Assembly (NCBI GenBank): GCA_001029675.1
Contig: CP011210.1
Location: forward strand, 64,193 to 128,192
Direction: 5' to 3'
Length of the DNA stretch: 64,000 nt
Source: Candidatus Beckwithbacteria bacterium GW2011_GWC1_49_16
GTDB lineage: Bacteria; Patescibacteriota; Microgenomatia; UBA1400; CG1-02-47-37
The translations under genes were made by a program, and so were the position numbers. Under the pieces are notes generated by a model. It did not search any database. It had not been told where the DNA came from and was given only the letters and a program-made list of their open reading frames with translations. Below, piece by piece: positions 8,885 to 18,674 of this stretch (within the stretch, counting starts at the first letter, position 1; every line of letters begins with the position of its first letter).

Positions 8885-11143
8885 TTAACTGGCAACAGGG
8901 TTGATCGTGTAGGCGGACTCTTGGGGTTCGCCTTTTTCGTTTAAGGGTTTTTCGCAAGTTAGGCAGTAGTCTTTTTGGACCGGGTCTGACAAGATGATGT
9001 GTTCTTGGAGTTCTAAGTTTTCGGTCACTCCCGGCTCGGGAGGACGTTTGGTGGTGGTGTCGATCCAGATGCCGCGTTTTAAGGGCGGTTCCATGGCCGG
9101 CTCGTTGCCACGGATAAAGTATTCAAAGCGGGTTTCGCAAGGTGATTCGGGGTTGGGCCTTAGGCCGGTGATAGTGCAGACTTGAAGGCCGATGATGTTT
9201 TCCGGCCTGACCGGCCATTCGTCGGGTTGATCCTCTAGGATACCGGCCATGATGTCGTGCCAGATGGGGGCGGCGCCGGTAATGCCCGAGACTAAATAAG
9301 GGTGCATCGGGCTATTGTCGTTGTTGCCGACCCAGGCGGCGACCAAAAATGACGGGGTGTAGCCGATAGTCCAGTTGTCGCGCAAATCGTCGGTGGTGCC
9401 GGTTTTGACCGAGACGGCGTGGTTAGGAATGACCAGCTCGCTTGAACCCCCGAAGGCAGCCAGGCGAGCGTTGTTGTCAAGAAGAATATGGGAGATAAGG
9501 TAGGCGACTTCGGGGGAAAGGGCTTTGTCACCGGCTGGAAGCTGGCTAGCTAAATCGATTTGTTCTAGGGTGTTGCCTTTGAAGTCTTCGACTTTGAGGA
9601 TGGGGGTGAGGTCGACTTTTAAACCCTGGTTGGCAAAGACGCCAAAAGCCACAGCCATGTCGACCATTCTGACCTCGCCGCCGCCCAAGGTTAAACTCAA
9701 GCCGTAGTTTGACGGATCTTCCCAAGTATTAATACCCATAGCCGAGGCAGTGGCGATCATGGTTTCGACGCCATTGGCGGCGAGCATCTTGACGGCCGGG
9801 ATGTTGAAGGAGTTGCCTAAGGCAAAGCGCATTTGCACCGGGCCGTGGAAAGCGCCGTCGTAGTTACGGGGGCAATATAGGGGTTGGCCGGAGACGGCAA
9901 AACAAACGGGCACGTCCAGAAACATGGTCGAGGGGGTAAAGCCTTGGCCTAAGCCGGCGGCGTAGTTGACCGGTTTGATCGACGAGCCGGGCTGGCGCAA
10001 ACGGGTGGTGACGTTGACGTTGCCGTCGATTTCCTCATTGAAATAGTCTTTGGAGCCGACCATGGCCAGGATCTCGCCGGTTCTGGGGTGGGTGACTAAA
10101 GCGGCGGCGTTTGAAACGTTCAAGTTTTCAAGCTTCCCGGTTTCGGTGGCGATAACGTCTTCGGTCAGCTTCTGAAGGTCAAGATCCAAAGAGGTAGTGA
10201 CGCGCAGGCCGCCTCTTTCGACCAGCTGCTGGCCGTATTTATCAACCAGCAAGCTTTTGACGTAAAGGACAAAGTGGGGGGCTAAAATGTTTTGGGTTTG
10301 GGGGGCGTAAGTTAAGGGAGCGTCAAGAGCCTGTTGGTATTGATCTTGATCGATGTAGCCGTCTTCGAGCATGCGGCTTAATACCTGTTTTTGGCGGTTT
10401 TTGGCGGCTTCGGGGTCGGGGCCAAAAGGGGAGTAGCGGGTGGGAGCCTGGGGTAGTCCCGCCAAGAGCGCCGCTTCGGCTAAAGTCAGCTCGCGGGCGG
10501 CCTTGCCAAAGTAAGTTAAAGCTGCCTGCTCGATGCCGTAGGCAGTGCCGCCGTAGGGGACGTGGTTTAAATACATTTCTAAGATGTCGTCTTTAGAGTA
10601 GCGAACCTCGGTGGCAAAAGCCAAGATAGCCTCGCGGATTTTTCTTTTGATGGTGCGTTCGGGGGTTAAAAGCGTGGTTTTGACCAGCTGCTGGGTAATG
10701 GTGGAGCCGCCTTGGAGGTTACTCTTAAAGACGATGTTGACGGCGGCCCGGGTGATACCTTCCCAGGCAAAGCCGTGGTGGCGGTAAAAGTTTTTGTCTT
10801 CTATCGCCACGGTGGCATTTTTGACGTAGCCAGGGAGCCCTTCAAGTTCAATCGGGGTGCGATTTTGGTCGGCAAAGATTTCGTAAAGTAACTTCCCGTT
10901 TCGATCCAGAATTTTAGTGGAGACGGGGAAGTTACCGGCAGCCAGCCGACCCGGGGAGGGAAGGTCGTGGAAGATGACAAAGGTAGAGTAAAGACCGACG
11001 AGGATTGCGAGGCCAACAAGAAGAGCCTTTTTAGGCTGGGCACGATAGAATTTTTTAAGCCTTAAAAGGATTTTTTGCCAGAATTTCTTTTGGAGAAGTT
11101 TCTTTAAGTCTTTAAATTTTGGCATGGGAGTATTATAGTACAC
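8885..11143 (-). CDS. PBP1A-family bifunctional penicillin-binding protein, second paralog
   Basis: 752 aa. EDKNFYRHHGF and GGSTITQQLVKT GT51 motifs. SSIKP, SFNIP, KTGTTDD transpeptidase motifs. C-terminal extension of ~100 aa. Confidence 0.9.
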   Translation of the reverse strand: MYYNTPMPKFKDLKKLLQKKFWQKILLRLKKFYRAQPKKALLVGLAILVGLYSTFVIFHDLPSPGRLAAGNFPVSTKILDRNGKLLYEIFADQNRTPIELEGLPGYVKNATVAIEDKNFYRHHGFAWEGITRAAVNIVFKSNLQGGSTITQQLVKTTLLTPERTIKRKIREAILAFATEVRYSKDDILEMYLNHVPYGGTAYGIEQAALTYFGKAARELTLAEAALLAGLPQAPTRYSPFGPDPEAAKNRQKQVLSRMLEDGYIDQDQYQQALDAPLTYAPQTQNILAPHFVLYVKSLLVDKYGQQLVERGGLRVTTSLDLDLQKLTEDVIATETGKLENLNVSNAAALVTHPRTGEILAMVGSKDYFNEEIDGNVNVTTRLRQPGSSIKPVNYAAGLGQGFTPSTMFLDVPVCFAVSGQPLYCPRNYDGAFHGPVQMRFALGNSFNIPAVKMLAANGVETMIATASAMGINTWEDPSNYGLSLTLGGGEVRMVDMAVAFGVFANQGLKVDLTPILKVEDFKGNTLEQIDLASQLPAGDKALSPEVAYLISHILLDNNARLAAFGGSSELVIPNHAVSVKTGTTDDLRDNWTIGYTPSFLVAAWVGNNDNSPMHPYLVSGITGAAPIWHDIMAGILEDQPDEWPVRPENIIGLQVCTITGLRPNPESPCETRFEYFIRGNEPAMEPPLKRGIWIDTTTKRPPEPGVTENLELQEHIILSDPVQKDYCLTCEKPLNEKGEPQESAYTINPVAS

Positions 11144-11152
11144 AAAAAGGCT

Positions 11153-11776
11153 ATGGTTGATCCGAAAACGCTAAAGTATAAGAATGTGACCATTTCTGGT
11201 CTTCCCGGGGCGGGGTCGTCGACATTGGGGCTAAGTCTTTCGCGCGTTTTGGGCTGGGAATATTTTTCGGGCGGAGATTTTATGCGCCGTTATGCCGTGA
11301 AGCGGGGACTTTACGACCAAAGAAAGCGGGCGCACCACTCGGCAGCGGTTTACAGCGGCAAGTTTGATCGGAGAGTTGATTATCGCCAACGGGAGACGCT
11401 TCAGAAAAAAGAGGGAAAGATTTTGGATTCGTGGCTGTCCGGGTTTATGGCTCAAGGCTTAGTTAAAGTGTTGAAGATTTTGGTTTTTTGTAATAAAGAT
11501 TCGCTTCGGGTCGACCGGTTGGTTAACCGGGACAACACTTCGGTGGAGGAAGCCAAAAAACACATGTTTGAAAGAGAGAGGGATAATTTTTCCAAGTGGA
11601 GCCGGATGTATAAAAAAGAATGGGATGAGTGGCTGCCGGCAAAGACCAGAGGGGCGAGAAAAGGCAATTGGCTTAACTTTCATCACCCCGGGCTTTATGA
11701 CTTGGTGATCGATACCTACGCGGTGAGCAAAGAAAAGTCGCTTAAGCTGACGCTTGACGCTTTAGGATATAAATAG
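11153..11776 (+). CDS. cytidylate kinase-like P-loop NMP kinase family protein
   Basis: 207 aa. Walker A SGLPGAGSST near the N-terminus. Resembles the archaeal-type CMP kinase / cytidylate kinase-like family. Confidence 0.55.
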   Translation: MVDPKTLKYKNVTISGLPGAGSSTLGLSLSRVLGWEYFSGGDFMRRYAVKRGLYDQRKRAHHSAAVYSGKFDRRVDYRQRETLQKKEGKILDSWLSGFMAQGLVKVLKILVFCNKDSLRVDRLVNRDNTSVEEAKKHMFERERDNFSKWSRMYKKEWDEWLPAKTRGARKGNWLNFHHPGLYDLVIDTYAVSKEKSLKLTLDALGYK

Positions 11777-11789
11777 GTATATATAAGGT

Positions 11790-12719
11790 ATGAGAAAACA
11801 ACGGGGCGGACTAACGCTTTGGGCAATAATTTTGGGGTTGGCGATAAGTGCTTTGGTTTTGAACGTGTCTTACGGTCGCGCCCAGGAAGAACCTTTTGAT
11901 TCCACTGGCGAACAGCAGCTAGATTTGGTTCAGGGTGAAGCGACGGGCTCGGCGATGACAGTTGAAGCGGCGGCTCAAAGTGAAGGGGTGGAGTATTATC
12001 TGCCTTACCCCGGAGTGTTGCCCGACCACCCGTTGTATTGGCTCAAGATGATTCGCGATCGGGTGCAGTTGTGGTTGACGACCAAGTCTTTGCCCAGGGC
12101 GGAGAGATTGCTACTTTATGCTGATAAAAGGTTGGGAGCGGGCTGGGCGCTTATTGAGGGGGGCAAGGCCGACTTGGGGGTGACGACGATTACCAAAGCG
12201 GAGAAGTATTTGGAGAGAGCTTTGACGGAAACAACGAGCTTAGGAGACGGTGGCGACGAGGTGAGGTTTAAGAAGAGGCTTGGTCAGGCGGCTTTAAAAC
12301 ACGCCGAGGTGATCGATAAGCTTAGGGGGAGGGTGGACGAGCTAGACCGGGCGGCATTGGATGAGGTGATGAGGGTGCCCGGCGCCGTGACGGAAGAGCT
12401 TGAGGCAGCGGCGATGGAAAAGGAAAAGATGGAAGTAAGGGTGAGGGTGGAGTTTAGTGAAACAGAAGTGGTCGAAGGGCAAGTTAGAGCAGAGACGGCT
12501 TTGGAGGCGTTAACAAGTTTAGCGGATCAAGAAGGTTTTGAGGTGACGACCAAGATTTATGATTTTGGCAGCCTGGTGGAGGCGATTAACGATGTTGCCA
12601 ACAGCGCCGACAAGGCATGGATTTATTTTGTCAACGATAAGGCGGGAGAGGTTGGGGCGGGGGATTACCGGCTTAGCGCCGACGATGTGGTCGAGTGGCG
12701 TTATGTTGAACCGGTTTAA
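11790..12719 (+). CDS. secreted/membrane-anchored protein with DUF5667-like N-region and C-terminal DUF4430 (transcobalamin-like) domain
   Basis: N-terminal hydrophobic segment. PYPGVLPDHPLYWLK block typical of DUF5667 proteins. C-terminal KAWIYFVNDKAGEVGAGDYRLSADDVVEWRY fits the DUF4430 pattern W-Y-VNG...G...L-DGD-I-W-Y. Confidence 0.5.
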   Translation: MRKQRGGLTLWAIILGLAISALVLNVSYGRAQEEPFDSTGEQQLDLVQGEATGSAMTVEAAAQSEGVEYYLPYPGVLPDHPLYWLKMIRDRVQLWLTTKSLPRAERLLLYADKRLGAGWALIEGGKADLGVTTITKAEKYLERALTETTSLGDGGDEVRFKKRLGQAALKHAEVIDKLRGRVDELDRAALDEVMRVPGAVTEELEAAAMEKEKMEVRVRVEFSETEVVEGQVRAETALEALTSLADQEGFEVTTKIYDFGSLVEAINDVANSADKAWIYFVNDKAGEVGAGDYRLSADDVVEWRYVEPV

Positions 12720-12726
12720 AAGATAA

Positions 12727-13266
12727 ATGGCGGGTCGGTTTTTCTTGGTGATTTTATTAGTTTTGGCGGCGATAGCCGAGAGGCTGTGGTTTGATTTGGG
12801 GCCAAACGTTGAGCTGGTGACTTTGGCGGGAGTAGTTTCCGGGATGATTTTGGGGAGAAAGTGGGGGGGAGTGGCGGGGGTGATCGCAATGGTTATTTCT
12901 GATTTGGTGATCGGCAACACGGTGATCTTTTGGTTTACCTGGTCGGCTTTTTTGGTCATCGGCGCCGGGGGAGAGTGGTTGCGGTCTTTTACGGGATTAG
13001 GGCGGATTGCGGCCGGTGGAGGCTACGGCCTGGCGGCGGCAGTATTTTTTTATCTTTATACTAACTTGGGAGTTTGGTTGGTGGGCAACTTGTACCCGCC
13101 GACATTTGCGGGGCTGGCGAAGAGCTACTTAATGGGATGGCCGTTTTTTAAGATTCACGCGGCAAGCAGCGTTCTGACTTTGGTGGCCGGGTTGACGGCG
13201 GCAGAGCTAGTCGGTACAGTATTTACTGCCAGCAAGAGCTGGTTAAATTTAACAATTAAAGACTGA
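12727..13266 (+). CDS. small polytopic membrane protein, candidate ECF-type S component (substrate-capture subunit)
   Basis: 179 aa, ~5-6 predicted TM helices rich in G/A/L/V. Sits immediately after the DUF4430 gene, an arrangement known for CbrT-type S components. Identity is inferred. Confidence 0.35.
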   Translation: MAGRFFLVILLVLAAIAERLWFDLGPNVELVTLAGVVSGMILGRKWGGVAGVIAMVISDLVIGNTVIFWFTWSAFLVIGAGGEWLRSFTGLGRIAAGGGYGLAAAVFFYLYTNLGVWLVGNLYPPTFAGLAKSYLMGWPFFKIHAASSVLTLVAGLTAAELVGTVFTASKSWLNLTIKD

Positions 13267-13442
13267 CGATTCGCCTTTAGGGTGTGAAGCCATTGTCCCC
13301 ACCTAAGTGTGCCAATTTTTGGCGGGGGTGAGAAGGCTTTTAAACTCGCGGGAACCAGGCGTGATTCCTGGGCTATGCCGTAGCTGTTACAGCCAGAAGA
13401 CCGGCCTTAGAGGGGGTAAAGCAGTCATTTCCCGAGCAGGAA

Positions 13443-15134
13443 GTGAGGCGATTTTTTGTGGGCGTAGAATTTGATATCAGGGCCAGTTTAGCGGCAGCGA
13501 CAAAGGCATTTGACCAGTCCGTCGCCAGCGGTTGGCGGGCGATTAAACAAGAGGGGAAAAACCTATTCACAAGGGGTAAAGAAATAAGCGATCCTTGGGG
13601 GGCATATTTTAAAACGCCACTAGAAATAAGGCTCGATTCTCAAACTGGTAAAAGGAAGATATTTTGGCAAGGCTATGATCGTTCGGTCAGCGCCTCGATG
13701 CGACGCCATGCCGCGTGGCTAAGGCTTAATGGGGCAACTAAAGAAGAGATAGGCAAGGCAAGGGCGGAGTTATCGGCATGGCAGGGGTTGGAGACAGTTA
13801 TTCTAGGCCTAGAAGAAGGTGAAGCAGTACAGTTTTTGGCATTGCGAAGTTTAGATTCTAACGATGGTGTGGCCTTACAGCAGGTTAGCTTGAGAAATGG
13901 ACGCCTGGCGTTGGAATCACAGTTGTTGCCGTTTGATCGACCCGAGCAAATAGACAAATTTATTGAGAGCGTTGAATTTATGGGAGAAAGTTTAGAAATT
14001 AACCAGGCCGAAACCGATGTGGACCTGTTGGTATTTTGGGCGGTTAAGGGTGAAGCGATTGATTTTAAGCAGGATGTGCCTAAATTGATTGGGGCGGCGA
14101 CGAGAGCCGAGCAGCTGCCAACGATTCAGTCGAGACAGGCAGTGGTTGGTGATGTGCCTGAAGTATTAGCGGCGAACCCATTAGAAGACAGGGTGGTATC
14201 GGCTAAGCCGACGAGCTTTTGGTTTGAAATGGCGGCAGGGGTGAAAATTGCTTCAAGGTCCGACCCTGAAGCGGCGGAAGCGGCGGAGTCGGAAACGATA
14301 GTTTTGGATCGTCCAGAAGTCACGCCGGTTGTGTTTGCGGCAACCTCTGGGAAGATACAAGAAAGGGAAGTGATGGAGGGAGTTAGACCTGTGGTGGCAG
14401 TAAAACCTGTGTCGGCGGTAAGCCCTGCGTCCCGGCCCGCGAAAGCTTCTGGAAAAACAGGTGGGCGAGTAGATGTTGAGGCTGAGGCCGGCGTGATGCC
14501 TACGGGATCAGATCCTGTAGGACAACAGCCACCTTCAAGGATAAACCCTGAAGGAATCGAATCAACTCGGCCAGTTGAGCCCGACCAGCCGAAAGTTAAC
14601 CTCGATGCGCCACAGCAAGATTTTGTCCGTGACTTTGTCGATCTGTCTGCGCCTAAACATTCTATGGAAGTTTCTGAAAAAGTGGATGTGGTCAAGGAGC
14701 AGGACCATACGGAAGCTTCCGGAAAAACAGAAGTAGGGCAACTGCGACCTTCAAGGATAAACCCTGAAGTTGTGAAAGTGGAGCCGCCGGTGTGGCAAGT
14801 GGAGCTAGAAGGTTTAAGCTGGCAGGAGATACCGGAATGGAAGTTTGACAACCTGCTGGTGGAAGGGGATTGGGGGTTTTCGGTAGCGGCAGGCTTAACC
14901 AGCCTGAATGAGCAAATTATGACGGCTAAGAGGGCTTTTGAGGGCAGGCAGTGGCCGATTTTTGATTTTTATTGTCAGGTTTCAAACGTTGTGGCAGCAA
15001 CACTTTTTTTGATTGCGAACACATTTTGCCTAGATACACAGGGCTTGATTTTAGCGGAGGAGAAAGTGTTTGAAAAAAGCGGGGGAGTGGTTAGCGGTTT
15101 GACACCCAATTTCTTGAGGAAAAACGAAAGTTGA
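13443..15134 (+). CDS. hypothetical protein with internal repeats
   Basis: 563 aa. The repeated block ASGKT...PSRINPE occurs twice. Pro/Val/Glu-rich central region. No recognisable catalytic motif. Start codon uncertain. Confidence 0.4.
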   Translation: MRRFFVGVEFDIRASLAAATKAFDQSVASGWRAIKQEGKNLFTRGKEISDPWGAYFKTPLEIRLDSQTGKRKIFWQGYDRSVSASMRRHAAWLRLNGATKEEIGKARAELSAWQGLETVILGLEEGEAVQFLALRSLDSNDGVALQQVSLRNGRLALESQLLPFDRPEQIDKFIESVEFMGESLEINQAETDVDLLVFWAVKGEAIDFKQDVPKLIGAATRAEQLPTIQSRQAVVGDVPEVLAANPLEDRVVSAKPTSFWFEMAAGVKIASRSDPEAAEAAESETIVLDRPEVTPVVFAATSGKIQEREVMEGVRPVVAVKPVSAVSPASRPAKASGKTGGRVDVEAEAGVMPTGSDPVGQQPPSRINPEGIESTRPVEPDQPKVNLDAPQQDFVRDFVDLSAPKHSMEVSEKVDVVKEQDHTEASGKTEVGQLRPSRINPEVVKVEPPVWQVELEGLSWQEIPEWKFDNLLVEGDWGFSVAAGLTSLNEQIMTAKRAFEGRQWPIFDFYCQVSNVVAATLFLIANTFCLDTQGLILAEEKVFEKSGGVVSGLTPNFLRKNES

Positions 15135-15198
15135 TACGGTTTGAGTCAGAAATTGGTACTTGACTATTACTACAGACAGCGTGTTTATTTAAGTTTAC

Positions 15199-15214
15199 GC
15201 ACTATACATAGCGC
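15199..15214. promoter_or_regulatory. NrdR-box-like operator upstream of nrdR
   Basis: GCACTATACATAGCGC resembles the NrdR box consensus acaCwAtATaTwGtgt (left half exact, right half partial). Lies 15 nt upstream of the nrdR ATG. Confidence 0.4.
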
Positions 15215-15228
15215 AATTTCTTTCACAT

Positions 15229-15675
15229 ATGAAATGTCCGTTTTGCAGTCACGATGTGTCTTCCGTCTTGGAATCTCGTGACAGTGAAGACGGAGAAGTG
15301 ACCAGGCGAAGGCGGGAATGTGCCAAATGCGGCAAGCGCTTTACCACCTATGAACGCCTGGAGGGGCCGGCCTTATCGGTAATCAAAAAGGACGGCCGCA
15401 GGGAACCTTTTGACAGAAATAAAGTCCGCCGGGGAGTTATCCGCGCCTGCGAGAAGCGGCCGATTACGCCGTCGCAAATAGAGGCGGTGGTCGATCAAGT
15501 CGAGCGGGAAATGCTCCGGAAAAAAGACAACGAGGTCGAAAGCCAGGCAATAGGCAAGGCGATTATGCGGCGGCTTAAAAAGCTGGACAGGGCTGCTTAT
15601 GTTCGGTTTGCCAGCGTCTATATGGATTTTGCCGATATAGACGATTTTGCCAGGCTAATTAGAAAGAGTAAATAA
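15229..15675 (+). CDS. nrdR: transcriptional repressor NrdR
   Basis: 148 aa. N-terminal zinc ribbon CPFC...CAKC followed by an ATP-cone. Immediately precedes the RNR gene. Confidence 0.9.
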   Translation: MKCPFCSHDVSSVLESRDSEDGEVTRRRRECAKCGKRFTTYERLEGPALSVIKKDGRREPFDRNKVRRGVIRACEKRPITPSQIEAVVDQVEREMLRKKDNEVESQAIGKAIMRRLKKLDRAAYVRFASVYMDFADIDDFARLIRKSK

Positions 15676-17982
15676 ATGACCAAAATGATGTCGTCACAAC
15701 TGACCTTTTATCCACATGAGAGTGGGTTGGTGGATAAAGGGATTAATGGAGAAAGAAAGGATGAGGGCGGCAACGGCGAGGTAAAGCCCGCCTTTGAAGG
15801 CGAGGCGAGGCAGGTGATGGCCAGGTCGCAAGCTGGCTGGGACGTTGCCCGCATGAAAAAAAGAATGAAATTGACGGAAAGGCGCCTGGCTAATGGTTTG
15901 GGTAAGGCGGTGGCCAAAAGGACGATTTTGCGGCCAGGGGAGACCTGGGTGGATGTAGCCGAGCGGGTCGCCCGCGGCAACACCAGCTTGATCGGTAAAG
16001 GCCGACAGCAGCATCGAAAAGAGGAATACGAGCTTCTAAAAAAACACATTACCAACGCCACTCTACTGATGAGCGGCAGGCATCTACAGCACGGAGACGA
16101 GACGCAAGTGAAACGTAACATGGAGGTGTTTACTAACTGTTCGACGGCTTCGGCGTCTTTTCTTTTGTTCTACCTGCTTCTGAATGGTTCTGGGGTGGGC
16201 AGAGCTTACGACGACGACATGTGCGTGGTGGATTGGGACTATATGCCGATAGTCCGCTGCGTTTTAGACGAGAAACACCCGGATTTTGTTTGGGGTGAAG
16301 ACGAGTCGGTCAAAGAGGCCAGGCATAAATACGGCAAGGTGTATTGGTTTGAGGTGCCCGACACCCGTGAGGGCTGGGCCCAGGCGACAGAAAAGATGGA
16401 GGTAATGGCTTATGAGAAAAAATACAAAGACGATGTTTTGGTGATCGATTTTTCCAAAGTGAGGCACAAGGGGACCAAGATCCACGGCATGCAGGATCGC
16501 CCGGCTTCGGGTCCTAAACCTTTAATGAAAGCGATTGCCAAAGTGGCGACGGTGAAGAATGCGCGATTGCCGAAGTGGAAACAGGCGATGTACGTGGACC
16601 ATTACTTGGCCGAGTGTGTTTTGGTCGGAGGCGCAAGGCGCGCGGCCAGAATCGCTACCAAATTTTGGACAGACCCGGACATTTTAGACTTTATTGATAT
16701 TAAGCGGGGCGGGTTTTTGTGGAGCGCCAACAACTCGGTCGCGGTGGACGAGAAGTTTTGGCAGCAAAAGACCAAGCACGCCAGAAAGGTATTGACGGCG
16801 ATTGCTCATGCCAGCTACCACCACGATACGGGCGAGCCTGGGTTTGTCAATCAACACCGCTTGGTGCAAAACGACGACAAGTTTGCCGGCTACTTTAACG
16901 GTAAGTACGCGGAGAGCAAAAAGTACCAGGTGGGTAAAATCACCCGAAAGATGTTGGCGCGCTTGGCCAAAAACGCCTCGAGTAAAGTGTATATGCAGAT
17001 TCCCAACCCTTGCGGCGAGATTACGCTTAATATGTTGGGGGCTTATTGCGTTATTGGCGACGTGGTGCCGTTTCACGCCCCAGACGTAGATACGGCCGAG
17101 GAGGCATTCAGGGTAATGACTCGGGCTCTGATTCGAGTTAACACCATGGACTCGCTTTATCGTAAAGAGGTAGAAAGAACCAACCGGATCGGGGTAAGCC
17201 TGACCGGGATTCACGAGTTTGGTTGGAATGCTTTTGGCTACGCTTTTCGCGATCTAATCGATGAGGAGAAATCGCGTGATTTTTGGATGACGCTAGCCCG
17301 GTTCAAGCGGGCGGTGGTGGACGAAGCCGAGCGCTACAGCCGGGTTTTGGGAGCAACGGTGCCGCACACCAACACCACGATCAAACCGGCGGGGACGACG
17401 TCAAAACTTTTTGGGCTTTCTGAAGGAGCACACTTGCCGGCGATGAGGGAGTATATTCGTTGGGTGCAGTTTAGAGAAGATGACCCCTTGGTGGCAAGCT
17501 ACCAGAAGCAGGGTTATCCGACGCGCCAGCTTAAAAGCTACAACGGGACGACGGTAGTGGGTTTTCCGACCCAGCCGACTATCTGCCGGCTGGGGATGAA
17601 CGGTAAGTTGGTAACGGCCGGGGAGGCGACTCCCGAAGAACAATACCGCTGGTTGATGTTACTGGAGAAATACTGGATTGTGGGCGTGGACGAGGATGGT
17701 AACCCTCTCCCCGATACCGGCAACCAGGTTAGCTACACCCTCAAGTACAAGAAAGACAAGGTTAGCTTCAAAAAATACAAGGCGCTTTTGAAGAAATACC
17801 AATCAAGGGTGAAGTGCTGTAGCCTGATGCCCCAACAGGACTCGACCGCCTATGAGTATCAACCGGAGGAGCCGGTAACGGCAGGGCAGTTTATGAAGGC
17901 CTTAAACGAGATTACCGGAGAGCTGGACGAGGATATTGATCTTGAAGCTTTAAAGTGTGAGTCGGGGGCGTGCCCGATATAG
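15676..17982 (+). CDS. nrdJ: ribonucleoside-triphosphate/diphosphate reductase, class II (adenosylcobalamin-dependent)
   Basis: 768 aa monomeric RNR. Active-site loop NPCGEITL (thiyl-radical Cys, Glu). No adjacent small-subunit gene. Directly downstream of nrdR. Confidence 0.8.
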   Translation: MTKMMSSQLTFYPHESGLVDKGINGERKDEGGNGEVKPAFEGEARQVMARSQAGWDVARMKKRMKLTERRLANGLGKAVAKRTILRPGETWVDVAERVARGNTSLIGKGRQQHRKEEYELLKKHITNATLLMSGRHLQHGDETQVKRNMEVFTNCSTASASFLLFYLLLNGSGVGRAYDDDMCVVDWDYMPIVRCVLDEKHPDFVWGEDESVKEARHKYGKVYWFEVPDTREGWAQATEKMEVMAYEKKYKDDVLVIDFSKVRHKGTKIHGMQDRPASGPKPLMKAIAKVATVKNARLPKWKQAMYVDHYLAECVLVGGARRAARIATKFWTDPDILDFIDIKRGGFLWSANNSVAVDEKFWQQKTKHARKVLTAIAHASYHHDTGEPGFVNQHRLVQNDDKFAGYFNGKYAESKKYQVGKITRKMLARLAKNASSKVYMQIPNPCGEITLNMLGAYCVIGDVVPFHAPDVDTAEEAFRVMTRALIRVNTMDSLYRKEVERTNRIGVSLTGIHEFGWNAFGYAFRDLIDEEKSRDFWMTLARFKRAVVDEAERYSRVLGATVPHTNTTIKPAGTTSKLFGLSEGAHLPAMREYIRWVQFREDDPLVASYQKQGYPTRQLKSYNGTTVVGFPTQPTICRLGMNGKLVTAGEATPEEQYRWLMLLEKYWIVGVDEDGNPLPDTGNQVSYTLKYKKDKVSFKKYKALLKKYQSRVKCCSLMPQQDSTAYEYQPEEPVTAGQFMKALNEITGELDEDIDLEALKCESGACPI

Positions 17983-18010
17983 GATATTAGGAATTAGCTT
18001 CTAGTTTCTA

Positions 18011-18640
18011 GTGAAGTTATATTTAGCCTCAAGTTCCCCCCGCCGGCCCAAGTTGTTAAAGTGGTTTGGTTTACCCTTTGCGGTAGTTGACCACGGTTTT
18101 GACGAGGAGAGTATCGAAGCGGCCGACTCGGAAACGCTGGTAGGCCAGCTGGCTTTAAACAAGGCCTATTCGGCCGCCGAAACGATAGATAAACCGGCCT
18201 TGGTGATCGGTTCTGATTTGGTCGTTAGCCTCAATGACCACTCTTGGAGCAAGCCGGCCACTCTTGAGGAAGCCAAGTTTATGCTCAAAACTTTAGTCGG
18301 CCGGATGCATACCATCATGTGCGGAGTAGCCGTCTACGACACTGCCAGCGAAAAGGCGGTGATGAGTGTTGCTAAAACTGACGTCTGGATGAAAGCGTAT
18401 ACAGATGAAGTTATTGAGAAATATCTAAAACAGGTGCCGGTTTTAGATCGCGGTGGAGCCTACGGGATTCAGGATGAGATAGAAGGCTATGGCAGTTTGG
18501 TTAAAAGCTTTTCCGGGGGAATTACCACGATAATTGGCCTGCCGCTTCACTACTTAGAAAACTTGCTTTTGGAGTTTGGCGTCAAACCCAAAAAAGACTG
18601 GCGGCAAAAGTGTTTTGAGGAGACGGGGTATGAGTATTGA
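18011..18640 (+). CDS. maf: Maf-family nucleoside triphosphate pyrophosphatase
   Basis: GTG start. LASSSPRR N-terminal Maf signature. 209 aa. Confidence 0.85.
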   Translation: MKLYLASSSPRRPKLLKWFGLPFAVVDHGFDEESIEAADSETLVGQLALNKAYSAAETIDKPALVIGSDLVVSLNDHSWSKPATLEEAKFMLKTLVGRMHTIMCGVAVYDTASEKAVMSVAKTDVWMKAYTDEVIEKYLKQVPVLDRGGAYGIQDEIEGYGSLVKSFSGGITTIIGLPLHYLENLLLEFGVKPKKDWRQKCFEETGYEY

Positions 18641-18674
18641 CACACCAGTGGTATTATGGTATGTTTAGTATGAT

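Noticed and set aside
11776-11790. Cobalamin riboswitch upstream of the DUF4430 gene
   Set aside because: The intergenic gap is only 13 nt. No room for a riboswitch. The 13270-13440 spacer was also inspected without finding a B12-box-like core.
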